Part shown: positions 1 to 13,913 of the stretch, piece after piece
How the letters are laid out: every line of letters starts with the position of its first letter
Numbering within the stretch: the first letter of the stretch is position 1
Source: Adineta vaga
Lineage: Eukaryota; Animalia; Rotifera
NCBI GenBank assembly: GCA_021613535.1
Contig: CP075495.1
Location: 10,230,001 to 10,294,000, forward strand
Direction: 5' to 3'
DNA: 64,000 nt
Notes under the pieces: model-generated
Database searches by the model: none
Seen by the model: only the letters and a program-made list of their open reading frames with translations
Told to the model about the DNA's origin: nothing
Translations under genes and position numbers: made by a program

Positions 1-477
1 CGATAATTCTATTAGAAATAATCGTAATTTGAATTGCTATTTTTTTCAATAAAATCTGGATCTTTTCTATTTTCTTCTAATCAAAGCACGATCATGCAAA
101 AATCTATCCTATTATCGTTCATGTCAATGTCATGGAAGAAACTATAGGTTTCTTTTTCTCCTACTATGTAAATTTGTTTCTTTTTTATTTTAACAAGTGA
201 TATGTCGTATCAAAGAATCGGAAGACTAAATAAGTAAAAGAAGAAGAAAAAAGAAAGAAAGTTTTATGCGTTCGTCTACATTACACTTAATGCAAACTAA
301 TGATTATTCTATTTCTTCTTCTTATGTATTTGTTGATCGTCAAAAATTCTTGTCCTGAATATAATTAAAACTATGAATAATGAAATACTTCAATAGACAT
401 ATGTATTCAATTTGCTAAAGTATAGATGCCAACTTCCAATTTGAATACACTCGACAATACAATATCATTCAGTACTA

Positions 478-648
478 ATGATTTTTGTTATTATTATTAG
501 TTCAATTTTTCGAATAGGTCTATATGTTGGATCAATTCTCATTGTAGTATGTCTTATTAGACAATACAATCAAACCAGAACACAAAAAATAGCTCTTCAT
601 CAATTCTATATTTATTTTCATAAATGTCCACTACATTGTGTTACTTGA
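478..648 (+). pseudogene. Decayed or short paralog of the 2362-2712 single-pass membrane protein
   Basis: ORF MIFVIIISSIFRIGLYVGSILIVVCLIRQYNQTRTQKIALHQFY... resembles the TM and juxtamembrane part of 2362-2712 (IGTIVGAVFLVKYLNKQ...MILQPY). An upstream ATG at 426 is out of frame, and the PY-rich tail is missing. Confidence 0.35.
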
Positions 649-2361
649 ACTATATATAGATCAAGTTAAAATATAATCAATATAAAGATACATAGTTTTT
701 TTTTATTATGATGATAAAGTCTTCCATGAAACATGTAATATAATATGCATCTATCTTCTTTTTTTTCTATCATGATCATGACATTGAATTCATTACTATT
801 ATTGACACGACATGTTATAGTTTGTAGAATATAGAGAAGTAAAGAGAAAAAAAGAAGACTTCATTCTTGTGATTTTGTTATTGATATGAATCTATTCTTC
901 ATTACTCTACATCTTCAAATCATTCGATGTAGAAATCAATCTTGATTTTCTGTAGAACAATAATCTTCTTTCGTATATAAGAACATAATATTACTTTGAA
1001 AATGTACAATGTTATTTCAATCTTCTGATTAATGAAATGAACACGTAAGAGAAGTTAAGATTTAGATTTGATTATTATCTATCTTGGTGTAAATTTCATT
1101 TCGATAATATTCTTTGTCAAAGACAATACCTCGAATTAGAAAAACTCTCTATGTCAGATTAGTTTCGTATAGACATGAAAGAAATAGGAATTCATATTAA
1201 TTTAATCATCAATGCCAAGGATTTCTTTTTCTCGCTCATATCTATTCTAGACGAATATATTAATATAAATCAATCAGACAATTATCGTTCTCTTTGAATA
1301 TTTCTCCGGTAGAAGAGCAAAGAAAACGACTAGAGACCAAACGACCATAAATAGAAATTGTACTTCGGAAAAAACTATTACTATTCGATATGAATGTTTT
1401 TCTTCTACAATAAATAAAAGAAAAGACATCAGCGCAAATAGTAGTTCTTTGTTTTCTAACGATCGTTTTTACTTTTGCACTTATTTCTAATGCGCTTAAA
1501 ATGGTCCTTGAATTATGATAAACTTCATTCTTAAGTACATTTAAATAAATCTCTAAGATTGAACACAAATGTTCTTCAGAAACAATTTTATGCGTTTTCC
1601 TTCTTAATCTTGATGATGAAGATTCAGACAAATGAATTAGTTCTTTATTATACTGAAAGGGAAACATATGTCATAAATAGTTTATAAACAAAAGCGATTT
1701 GTCTGGCCACCACAGATGGTCTACATTTCAAATTGGAAATTTTGAGATAAAAAATTGACTTTGTACAATCTGATTAGGAATTTGTGGATAAAAGTCTTTA
1801 AAAAAGTTTCATGTTACTCTGCATCATGCGTTAAACATGTAGATCAAGGTTTGCGTGAATTGAAATATAGAGATTGATTCATTGTGTCGTCTTTTGATCA
1901 ACATATAGAATTTCATAAGCAATTTCTTTTGTCAGAAGATCTCTTATGTGATTGATTATTATATAGATATATCAATCTTCTATTCCTATGACTCCTTTTT
2001 TCATAATTATGTTAATGAACAGGACTATATTAAAGACATATACTGATTTGTTTTAGTAGGAAGAAAATTTTAGAATTCAGTTGAAGTTTTCGTTAAAACA
2101 AAAGTTTCTTTCTCTCTCTATGAAACTATATTCGATCGATGTCGTTCGTTAATCAAAAGATGAAGGACACAAAAAATATTTGACAGAATGAAAAAATAAT
2201 TTAAAATATAATTTTTTTTCTCTACACAAACGGTATTTATTTTGTCGAGCATCCACCAATTTACTAATTCTCTTCTTTTTTTGTTTTCTTTTCAATCAAA
2301 AATATTCATATTCACAAAGATTCGATCGAACATACATCGTGATTAAAATTCTATAAGAAAC

Positions 2362-2712
2362 ATGTCTAACAGCACCCTTAGTTCAGGATTTGCAGTTGCT
2401 GCAATTATAGGAACTGTAGTTGGATCCTTATGCTGTCTCGCTTGTTGTATTGGAACAATTGTAGGTGCTGTATTTCTGGTTAAATATTTAAATAAACAAA
2501 ACAATACAGTAGGTAATAATGGTATGATTCTTCAACCATATCCACAACAGCCACCATATGCAAGTAATTATCCGCCAGCCTATCCAATAAACAATAATTC
2601 ACCAGCCTATCCTATGAATAATAACCCACCAGAATATCGATCAGAAAAATCACAAATGCTTCCACCACGTGCAACATCACAAGCAAGAATCACAGAAATA
2701 ACGTCGACTTAA
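2362..2712 (+). CDS. Small single-pass membrane protein with Cys-rich TM segment and PPxY-rich cytoplasmic tail (WBP1/VOPP1/CYYR1-like architecture)
   Basis: Intronless 116-aa ORF. Hydrophobic stretch with CCLACC, then repeated YPPAYP/SPAYP/PPEY motifs. AATAAA follows the stop (~2725). Confidence 0.75.
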   Translation: MSNSTLSSGFAVAAIIGTVVGSLCCLACCIGTIVGAVFLVKYLNKQNNTVGNNGMILQPYPQQPPYASNYPPAYPINNNSPAYPMNNNPPEYRSEKSQMLPPRATSQARITEITST

Positions 2713-3745
2713 ATATACAAAATGAATAAAACCTTATTTATTCGACTTCTAAAGTGAATTATTTTTCTGTATATGAATCTTTTTCTATTATTATCAAAAA
2801 TGTCTTTATTACATAGAACTTTATTTTTTAGTTCTCTAACAAAAGTTAATTTATTCTATTTTACAGATAAACTTTTGAATATAACTCGCCATGATGTCAA
2901 TTGAAGAAAACCAGCATTGATTTATTCATTGATATACTATTGTCACGGAAATCAATATCAATTACTCGGGAGTCAACTGTCATATTATTTTGACTGATCG
3001 GAAGGAATTTCTGATGAAATATGATATGTCGAACAGAATGTTAAGCATAGATATTAAATACGAATGAATCATTAGTTCTATACAAAATAATATGGCTGAG
3101 AAATATTCTCCGACTACCATGCTTCACATCAGATTTAATTTAATGAAATTGTAGAAATTAGTAGACAGTAAATAGATTTTATCTAATAGATTTACATCGT
3201 TAAATGTAGAGATAATATTTGAAAAATAGGACACTTTATATAGATTCTCAAAATATTTCTTCATTGAAAAATCTTCATTGGTTATTGTTATTGTTATAAT
3301 TCATAGATTTATTACAAAGTGAATGTACGCATGATATAATTGTTTCTTATGCATAAAAGAACAAAAACATACATTCATATTTATATAAAAATGAAATTTC
3401 ATGATCTAGTCTATAAAATTCATCCTTATTATAAGAGATAACATATTGATCAAATATTCGCAAAGATTAACATTATATTTCATAAATTATTTATAGTCTT
3501 ACTTTCGTTTTTATTTTCTATCGAAGTGTATGTGCACATCATAAAAAGCATCTCGATTGACTATAAGTGACATCTGTTTTCACCTTTCGAATCATTAAAT
3601 GATTAAAGTTTGAATTGGTTAAAATTTTTACCATTGTTCATACCTGTAGCACATGCTTGTGTTCTGTTCTGTCTCCTCCTTTAGCGAAGGTCAAAATCAA
3701 TCTAACAATTATCTCGTTCATTCGAATTTAGATTATTAAAAAGAG

Positions 3746-6700
3746 ATGCCTGCTCCAATCGATATCGAACCAGATAGATCTTCGATAAATAATGAATCAA
3801 CCGATGCATATAGTGCTGATTTTTTTGATGGTTTGTTCTACATATATATATATTTACATTATACAATACCTAACTGCCTTCTTTCTCTCATTATTTCATA
3901 GCATCCGTTGCAGATCTTGCTGATCTATTAAGAAGTGAACCACAAGATGATTATATTGTTGGTTTACAAGATACAATATCAAATATATTCTCATCACCTA
4001 CGATCTTTTCTCTTGCTTATGTATGATTTATACAAAGAATAAAAATAGCATTTGTCAATTTGTTTTTTAAATTTAGTGTCATGATCTACTACTTCGTTTT
4101 ATTCAACAACCAGATAATATGCGACCTGCCTCGACTGATAATCTATCTCTTTTAACATCTCTGCTTAAAGATCTTGAAATTGTTGGAATGACAAATACTT
4201 ATGCACGAGAACTAGATGGTATTCTACGACGACCACATATTCGAGTAATGATTTTTTTTAAATAGAATAGAATAGAAAACCAAATAAGAATTTCATTGTA
4301 AATAGATGATTATGGATGCTCATCAAACGATAGCAACACGAGAATATGCTGAAGATCAATTACCAATCGGTTATTTGCCTGATGCTGCGAAACCATTACC
4401 TGATATAACATCACCGTCATATGTTTTTCCGGGGACAATGCCAAATATGCCACCAAAAACAATTGGAATTGAATCAACTGGAGAAGAACATTTAGGTATT
4501 ACGGTGAAATTGAACGAATTAGGTGATTTAGAAATCAAGAGAATTGTTCAAGGAGGTTTAATTGATAAACAAGGTAAGATAGAATGAAATTTGAAAGTAG
4601 AAAACTTTTGATATTATTCTTGAATATTCAAGGTCTTCTTCATGTCGGTGATATTATTAAAGAAATCAATGGCGAAATTGTTAACACACCGGAAGAATTA
4701 CAAGATAAATTAAGAAATGCTCGAGGCGCAGTGACATTTAAAGTCGTACCTGGTTATTCCGATTTTCCATCACCTTCACAGGTAATTTCTTTTTGATGAC
4801 AAATTAATGAAAAACTAATTGTTTACTGGATTTTGTTTCCCGTTGAAGTTATATCTTCGAGCTCATTTCTCGTATGATCCTGCGAAAGATAAATTAATTC
4901 CTGCGAAAGAAGCTGGATTAGCATTTGATGAAGGTGATGTGTTACAAATTCTTTCACAAGACGATGTTCATTGGTGGCAGGTATGAGTCTTTCGTTTTTT
5001 TTTCGTTCTCAAGAATTTCAAACTGATTTCATTTTGTTTTTTATTAAAAGGCAAAACATGTGAAAGATCCAACACAGAAAGGTCTTATACCATCACAATA
5101 CCTTGAAGAGCGACGAAAAGCTTTTGTCGCACCTGAAAATGATTTTTCTAAAACATCTCGTAAGTTTAATAAAAAGAAAATGAGCATTATATGAATATTT
5201 AATTAAAGAAAAACACTCACTTAACAGTAATCGTTGAACTTATATAAACAGTTTTATTGAGGTTTCATACGAGATGACCTATTTCAGTGAAGAAAAATGT
5301 ACTTAGTAACTTGTTAAGTGACTATTTCTATAAGAAAAAACTTTTAACCTTTAAAATGCCGTTTACTTGTGAAAAACTTTTTCGTTTAAACAGATCTTTT
5401 CAATATAATAATTATGGGAACATCATACTAGTAGTTAATAAGAGTGTCAATTATCGATTGAAATATAGAGAAAAACAGATGATTTCCTTCCGTATTAAAT
5501 ATTTGACTTACGTAAACAAAATTCATTGAATATGTCAACTTCAATGTCTACATTTGATACTTATATGAGAGAATTTCTAGTGCAAATAAATCTTTGTTAT
5601 TTACCTTTTTTTTAATATTCAAAGTCGATTTCGTTATTCGTTTGATTATAGACAAACTTTTATTTTCTTAATATCTAATCAATCTGTGAATAGATATTTA
5701 TTGATAAAAACAAAAAAAAACATTTCTCTCTTTTTCCATATTTAGTTGTATGTGGTTTAATTGATCGTCGAAAGAAAAAACGTTTATTATTTAATGTGAA
5801 AGATTCGTCTCTATTCGATAAAGGTGATATATGTCTCTATCAAGAAGTAGCACGTATGCCACCATTTGCACGAAAATGTTTAATTCTTATTGGACCACAT
5901 GGCGTGGGCAGACGAACATTAAAGAGTCGTTTGATTTCTCTTGATCCTGATCGTTTTGGAACGACGAAACCACGTAAATTGAGAAATACAAAGAGACATC
6001 GAAAGTTTTCTATTCTTTGATATTCTCTCTTATAGATACGTCACGTTCATTACGAATTGAAGAAGCTAATGCGTATTTTCATACGGATAGAAATGAAATG
6101 GAAGATGAAATTGAAGCAGGTGGTTTTCTTGAACATGGTCTCTATGGTGAACATTTATATGGTACAAAATTTGAATCCGTTCGTCGAGTAATTCAATCAA
6201 GTAAAATGTGTGTACTTGATATTGAACCAACGGTAAGAAAAGATTCTACTTTAATCTATTATTGAAGCAATTTTTTTTCATAATTTAGGCTTTAAAATTA
6301 ATTTGTAATAAAGAATTCATGCCATATGTTGTATTTATAAAAGCACCAAATTTGGATTATCTTCGATATATGCAACATAATAATAAACAAAAAATGTCCA
6401 AAATGCGAACAGTTCGTAGTATTATTTATTTATTGATAGAATTTAATAATCGATCGTTGTTTTTAGAAAAGTAATATAGGAAATAATTCATCATTAAATT
6501 TATCGGTAAGAATTGCATATAGTTAGAATAGAAATACTTATTTTCTTTATTTAAAATATTGTTTAGTCGAAAGATCTTGAACAAGTTGTTTTGGAAAGTG
6601 AAGCTTTAGAACGTGATTATCATACATATTTTGATTTAACATTAATTGCCGAAGATATGGATAAAACATTTGAACAGTAAGATATGAGAAAGATATTAAT

Positions 6701-6799
6701 TTAGGAAATCAAACTACTAAATTTTATTTTAGACTTGTTCGAGCTGTTGAAGCTTTGAGTGCTGAACCGCAATGGGTGAATGTTCAATGGTTTTCTTAA
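3746..6799 (+). CDS. MAGUK p55-subfamily scaffold (L27-like, PDZ, SH3, guanylate kinase-like), multi-exon
   Basis: PDZ ([33 protein letters not shown]), SH3 ([39 protein letters not shown]), GuK ([29 protein letters not shown]) and C-terminal [10 protein letters not shown]. Canonical GT-AG introns. Confidence 0.92.
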
Positions 6800-7483
6800 A
6801 AAAGAAAAGTGTTTCTTATCAAACTAACACTTAATATTATTGTGTTGATCAATCATTCAATGTTTTGTACATATATATATAAAGAAAGTGCTTATATTCA
6901 TATTTGAATTTCATACATTCCATTTTTCGTTTGATTTTTTGTGCAATTTAACATTTATCGCTACTATTGCTGAATGCTGAGTGTCCCGTTTTCCTTGTGT
7001 TCTTTTTTTAATCTTATGCTTATTTGCTTTTTCTACTTGTAATCTCAGTTATTAATGAATAAATGCATTCCCGTGCTTCTTTTTTTACTGCACCATTAGA
7101 ATATTTAGACAGATTTTGATTTTCTAAATAAATAGAAAAATTTGTTTCACAAAAAACGTTATAAGTAATCATAAGATAATTTGAACAACGTAATGAAACA
7201 CAATGTTTACGTATATATTATTTTAACATCTATATTTAGAGATGAAACACTAAATTTATTCATCTTTTCATTGTTCTGTTTAATCTCTCATTTATTTGTT
7301 ATTTAATCCTCATAAATGGCACTTGTAAAACATACGACTTTTGTAGTCTATCATCAATAGCTACTTTATAGTACATATATTTTTATTATTAGACATAAAT
7401 AATTACTTCGAAAGTCAAGCATGCGAAAAAGCGCTTGAGCTCTTTTCATTCTTTTTTTTATCATATTAATTTTTTCCAATTAC

Positions 7484-7957
7484 ATGAACTGCATATGGTT
7501 CGAGGATGAGCCAGCTTCATCCACACTGCATCAATCTGATGACGTGAAATTATCAAGCCAAAATAATCAGATTAGTGACACATCAAAAGATCATGTGGGA
7601 TGTTCATCATACATACATTTTAGTCATGCCTCATATACATTAGGTTTTGGTCAATTATTTTCAGGTAGTTTTGAATCTTTTCAAAGTTCTACTCCCATTC
7701 GTCAATGTTATTCAAATACCGTTAATAATACATCAAAGGTAAATACAAAATCAGTCCAGCAAGATCACATTATTCGAAACAAAATTGACAGAGCCATGGA
7801 AACCATCCGAAATACTGTATATAACGCAGAAAAACAATGTAACTTCTTATCAACTAATCCTTATCGAAATAACATGAATGAAGCTGCTACACGTCTTAAA
7901 TGTGCAGCAAATACAATATCGATGGATGCTAATCGACGACATTATTTTCGATCGTGA
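7484..7957 (+). CDS. Hypothetical intronless protein (157 aa), no recognised family
   Basis: Long ORF with coding-like composition in AT-rich flanks and a helical-looking C-terminal half. Confidence 0.55.
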   Translation: MNCIWFEDEPASSTLHQSDDVKLSSQNNQISDTSKDHVGCSSYIHFSHASYTLGFGQLFSGSFESFQSSTPIRQCYSNTVNNTSKVNTKSVQQDHIIRNKIDRAMETIRNTVYNAEKQCNFLSTNPYRNNMNEAATRLKCAANTISMDANRRHYFRS

Positions 7958-8259
7958 AAGCTTCGTTATTCCAATATTTTCAAAATTTGTTGATAAAGAA
8001 AGCAAAGTTAATTTCCTTTTTTTTCTTGTTTATTATTTTAATACAGTAATACACATATATTGCATGTGACAGACTAGTATTCATGTTAAAGAAATAACTT
8101 ATATTCTCAATTGTGAAGTGTAATTTTAACTGTATGAAATTGAAAAAAGAAAAACTCGTAAAATATATTTTCAATCGATAGTATAAAGAATAGAAAATGT
8201 TCTCATGTAATATATATGTTTATAATCGTTTTTTTTTAGAAAAAGATAATCGATAGCTA

Positions 8260-9881
8260 TTAACTATCCCAAGCTGAACGTGTTCGAAATAATTGACGAG
8301 TTTGATTTGTATTTTCATGAATAATTGGTGTCGGAGTTGTTGTACATAATGTAGTTGTTGTTGTATCATTTGTGGTTGTTATCTCTGGTGATCCTGATGA
8401 TCGATCTTTCGATGAACGTCGATGTTCATTTCCACTACTACTACTTCCACCATCACCACTAATACGATAAACAATGATATTTTTAGGAAATGTTTTTCTT
8501 TCTAATTGTTTTAAATAATCTTGAAATCGTTTATCCATGGTTGGAAATTGTTGATGTCGTTTTTGTATAACAGGAAATAAACGATGAACAGTATGCATGG
8601 CTTCAGTTAATGTTATTTGTTCATTGATTAACATTAAATATTGAATAGCAATGACAGCCAAAGGTGAATTTGGTGTTAATTCAAATCCATAGATCAATAC
8701 ACGTTTATCTTCTTGTTGTGCTTTTAATATAAAACGATTGACTGCTGCAAAAAGTTGTCCTAAATGCGTACGACTTAATTCTCGTATTTTACTATTACTT
8801 AATGGATTCAAATCTGTTGATGTTGTTGTTGATGATGAGGAGGAAGAGGACGACGATGTTAGAAATGGTTGATTAAATTCAAGTGTTAATGTACAACGTG
8901 AATGTGTATGTCCACACTGGCAAGGAAGACGAGCACCTGCATTAGCTTTACGTGCTAATTCATCAGGTCTCATATTTGATGCATCAATAATGTAATCAAT
9001 AGATAATTTACATAATTGTCGTTCATTTTGTAAAGCTCGTATTGAACCTAGTAGAACATCATCAGTAAGAAAAACAAGTGGTATAGTTGGTGATGATGGA
9101 TCACTAATTGCTAATGTTTGTCGAACTAAAGATTGTGAACGTCGTTGTTTATCACGTCGTAATTGTGAACGAATGTCTGTACCTAGAAATAGAATTTTCT
9201 AATGAAATACAAAAATCGAAAAAAACAACAACAAAAGTACCAAGAAATTCAGAAGTGGTTGTAAACACAGATGGAGCTTGTTGAGGTGTAAATGTTGTTG
9301 AAATAGAAGCTTGTGTTGGTGATGATGATGCTTTTGAACGTGCTGTTGTTGGCGATGGTGTTGGATATGCGGTATTTGTTCGTTGAACAGGTGAAACAAG
9401 AGTTTCTGACGAATCTATAACCCATTCGTTTTCATAGGCTGATGATTTTGATACTGCTAATCCTGCTGTAGTTGGTCGACTGATAGATGTACGTATAGCA
9501 CTACTATCGGTACTGAAACGTCCCGAAGATGTGTGTTGAAAAGAATTTTTTCGATGATGATGATGATGATGATGATTTCCCAATGCTGGCGTTCGTCGAA
9601 GACTAGCAGTCGATGATGAACGATAATTGAATCGATCAGTTAACATTTGTTTTCGTCCTGTTGATTTAAAATCATCATCATCATCGTCGTCATCCGACGG
9701 TGATGATGTTAAAACATCTTGAACATTTAAATCACTTCTCGATGCACTCTCAATACAAACAGTAACAGTCGACGGATCAGCAACTGTTGATGATGCCGTA
9801 CTAAAATCAATTTTTCAGATAGATAATAAGAAAGACTTTTGTTTTTTACCTTGGAGAACGTCGAATAACGCTGTGTGTCAT
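8260..9881 (-). CDS. Dual-specificity phosphatase (DUSP)-fold pseudophosphatase with long Ser/Thr/His-rich N-terminus
   Basis: 3 exons (ATG 9881; introns ~9849-9801 and ~9240-9183). DUSP-like segments VLLGSIRALQNERQLCKLSIDYIIDAS, VNRFILKAQQEDKRVLIY and AIQYLM..ITLTEAMHTV. The HCxxGxxR loop is replaced by YGFELTPNSP. Confidence 0.8.
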
Positions 9882-11681
9882 ATAAAAATAGTTAATGTGT
9901 CCTGCTTTAGGCTAGAAAGAGATTAAGACAATGAATTTTGAACAATTAGTAGACGTTTAAAGATAAGACATTAAAATCTTCTGACTAAGTCAAAGACGAA
10001 GAAATATTCCAAGAGAAAAATGTAATCAAAATTGTCGTACATAATGACGAGTCTTCTTTCACATCTTGATATAAAAGAGAAAAAAAATTAAGAATAAAGG
10101 AGCAGATTCTTTTCTTCTTCTTCTTCTTTTTTTCTTTCCTATCTTCGGCACTTTTGTGTCTATCGCTATATATATGTATATGAGACACAACCTTCCGCAT
10201 TACTTTGAGCTGTTGCTTTTGCATTAATGAAGTTCATCCTATCTTTTTTCTTCATTCTTTTATTCCTCTTTTTTAATTTCTAATGTGCATGTTAGTCTGT
10301 GAGTTAGAATTCTTCGTTACTCGAGGATGACAAACACTTTTGAAGATATTCTCATTCCATACTACTGTGCATGCACGCACAGGTTTGGTAGAATTTATTA
10401 TGAGATAGGATTATCATTTCCTGTTCTTTCTTGAAAACAGGAAAAAGTTTGTCAAGATAAAGGTGTTTAAAGAATAAATGAATAGCCTTTATTCTCTTCT
10501 CCTGTCTGCATTGAACAGCTGTTACTAGCAAGTCTTCATTTCCTTTCTTTTTTTTTCTCAAAGAAAAGATTTTACAGCATTTAAAATCTTCCATGTTTAA
10601 CACACATAACAATGCTGAATCGATTATAAACTAACAACTTTTTAGATTGATATTGTATCCGATAGAATGCTTAAGATTTAGAAAGAAGTTTTATAGAAAG
10701 TGTTCAACTAGAAAATGGAAGCTATTGCATACGTATATAGACATTAATTATTTATTAAAGTATTTACAGTTAAGTCAACCAATATATATATATATACACT
10801 TTTTTTGATTATCTATTTGTGTTGATAAGATAAAAGAGAAAATTTATAAAACAAAAAAAAAGAAAAATACTTTTCCTAATATTGAAAAGAAAAAAACTTG
10901 AAAATTTTACATTATCTTACAACATTTTATTGATATAATCTCGATAAGTAGTTCACTATCCATTGTAGAAACATTAAACTTTTCTATTCATAGAATTTAC
11001 TTGGAATGACATTCAGTTACGACTGTTTCATGTTCTTCTTTCATTCAATTCAATAATTGAAAGATTTCTTAATCGTAAGTTGGAACGGTATCTATAGGAT
11101 CAATGCATATGAAATATGAATAGACAAAGTTATGAGAATGCATTGGAAGTTTTCTCGTTGATGAGCTTAAATTAACAATGAAATCATTGCATGACATCAT
11201 AATTCTAATGAAATCCGCGATGAATTTTTATAGTTCTATTAACGTCATTTGACGAGCATCATGAATAATTTCAATAATATATGAGTAGTCGTATAGAAAT
11301 GAGGAATTCATCTAACATTATTTTCATTATGTTGAACACCTTTGTTTTGATTTTGAAATTTTCTAAACATTCCTTTTATTTCCTTTTTCTCGGCAGTTTT
11401 TGTTATTTCTTTGGATATAACTTCTAATTGATACTCTAATATCTTAGTTAAGTGATGTGAATTGAGTAGAAATAATTACTAGACATACTGATATTAATTC
11501 TTTGCCAGACAACTTTACACCTGAATTCATTGTTCTTGTTTTTTAATAAATAAATAAATAAATATATATATATATTCAATAAATGTATTGTTTAAAAGAA
11601 AGAAAGAAAAGAATGCTCTAGTAAATCTATATTAAAAAAAAGAAGAAGAATCGAGAAAGAAAGAAAAAGAATAGAATAATA

Positions 11682-13014
11682 TTAGTCTTTTCCTTGAAGT
11701 ATGGCATGACGATAATTATTTTTACTTGAATTTGTTAATGATCGCCATGTTGTGCCTGAATAACGAAAAAAGGCTAAAACTAAATGAAGACATACGACAA
11801 AGGATAATAATGCTGTAGTTAAATAGAATGATATATGCAATAAATAACTTGAATGTTGATCTTGATGTTGCCAATAACTAAATGTTATTATAGCTAAAAA
11901 GATCCAACCTGCAACAACATGACACATTGTATTGAAAAAGAAACAGGACATTAAAATAATATAAACTAAGGTTATAACACATATTGACGCGATTAAACAT
12001 ACACCAATTAAATCTAATGTTGAATCACTTATTTGAAAGTTTGGTTTCGATAGTAGGAAACTTTTACAAGCATATAAAGATGAAAAACCAATCAAAGCTA
12101 TTTGCCATGCTAACATTACACTAAGACCATTATGAACAAATATTCTTATCGACCAGATATCACCAAATCTAATAGAAACTAAAACAATAATACATGTCTT
12201 CAAATAAAATTACTTACAAATGACATGTTGATAATTCACGTTCATAATTATGAAGATGAATAATCGATGTAATTAAGCAAAATGTTAATGCCATTGCACC
12301 TAAGACAGTATAAATAACTGCAAGCTAAAATTGAAAACAATATCGAAATGAATCACTAAAGAAAATACAAACATACAACATTCGATTGATGTTGAATAAG
12401 AAATAAGAATAGAAGATGAGACCAACAAGCAAGACTGAAAGTTAATAATTGCATTTGAGGAACTGGACGTGGATATTTATATAAATAATCGCTATCACCA
12501 CCGCCACCATTTCGACGACATAAAGTTGTTATAGCATAGAGTAACCATGGAGTCTGAATGAAATCGAGATCGAAAAATAATTCAATCAATGAAGATTTGA
12601 ATTTACTTGTAAGCCATAGACAGTCATCCAAATTGGTGCAATCCAGTTTTTCGGTGGAACTAATGGATGAGTTTGTGCATGAAATCGGTGAAGAACATGA
12701 CCAAAAACTATTGAAGATCGAGAAAAAACAGTATTTATTGCATTCGAAGTATATATTCACTTTTTTTTATTTACCTTGACTATTAAAGAAAAGATCACCA
12801 ATAATTAATGTTAATGCTAAAATATATGAAACAAGTGCAATAATAAGACCAATTGTTTTGCCACATGAATGTCGTTGTTTAGTTCTATGAAATATAATAA
12901 AAGATCCCTTTGATTTGTTACAATCTTGATAAAAACGACATACTTATCAATAGCAGTATGCATCGCTGGACTATCACCAAAAGACGTTGGACGAGAGAAC
13001 AAACTCGACGACAT
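11682..13014 (-). CDS. Multi-pass membrane protein, TspO/MBR-like invertebrate family, about 6 exons
   Basis: Spliced translation contains LVPPKNWIAPIWMTVYGLQTPWLLYAITTLCRR...LYKYPRPVP and DIWSIRIFVHNGL, with about 7-8 hydrophobic segments. Confidence 0.7.
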
Positions 13015-13913
13015 GATTAAATAGTAAATATAAAAGACGAAGATGAACAAAAGTCAATATTGTTGTTCTTCTCGTTCGATTTGTGTAAAATGTATACAAA
13101 TGAATGATAAATAACGTAACGTGACGAATGTATGTATTTGAAATATATACGTTTGATTTCTTCTTCTCTTCTTCTAACTATAGACACGATAGATTACCGA
13201 AAATGGATTATATAGAATCGTCATTGTTTACAATTGAAGAAAAACATAGAATAAATTTCGTTATTAAGTAATTATATTCATTGAATAACACCATTAATAG
13301 ATTAGTCGATGAATTGATAAAATCATGTTTTTCTTTTGTTATAAAAAAGATTTAGATCTGATTTTAATTAAACAAGTATCAAGTAAACAATGAAGTACAT
13401 ACATTCATTCCTAATGCTACGCATTTTCTCAAAATATCATGACTTTTTATTGTCTTTAATCTAATGAATCATGAGCTTATGGAAAACAAGCGGATTTATT
13501 TGCATTTCATCTGACTACATAAGATAGTATATTACAAACGAGCATATATATATATATATTGAATCTGTAAGAGAAATTCGTGTTTTTTTCTTTATTATAA
13601 TCTAAAGGTAGTGAATCAAAGTATCCATACAATTAAATATATTTCTTCCGATGGAGATGAGGATAAACAAAATGAAATGAATACATTGATGTATGAGTGC
13701 AAAGACAAAGAGAGAAGGAAAACATTGTCGTCATTTAAATGAAATTATAAGTACAAATCATACGTTGTGATATAAATTCATTTGATTAGTACGCACACAT
13801 CAAAATTATAGACTACTACACAAGACGAAAAGAAGGAGATTCAAAAAGAAGAAGAAAAAAAACGAAGAAGTGAACACTTTTGAAATTGCACACATTTGTG
13901 TCTTATATCCACA

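Noticed and set aside
1260-1667. 135-aa minus-strand ORF
   Set aside because: No motif, AT-rich intergenic composition and no splice context; probably spurious.
5161-5745. Long MAGUK intron with a short inverted match (CACTTAACA/TGTTAAGTG) and an 80-aa ORF
   Set aside because: No complete TIR/TSD pair or transposase similarity, so a mobile element cannot be supported.
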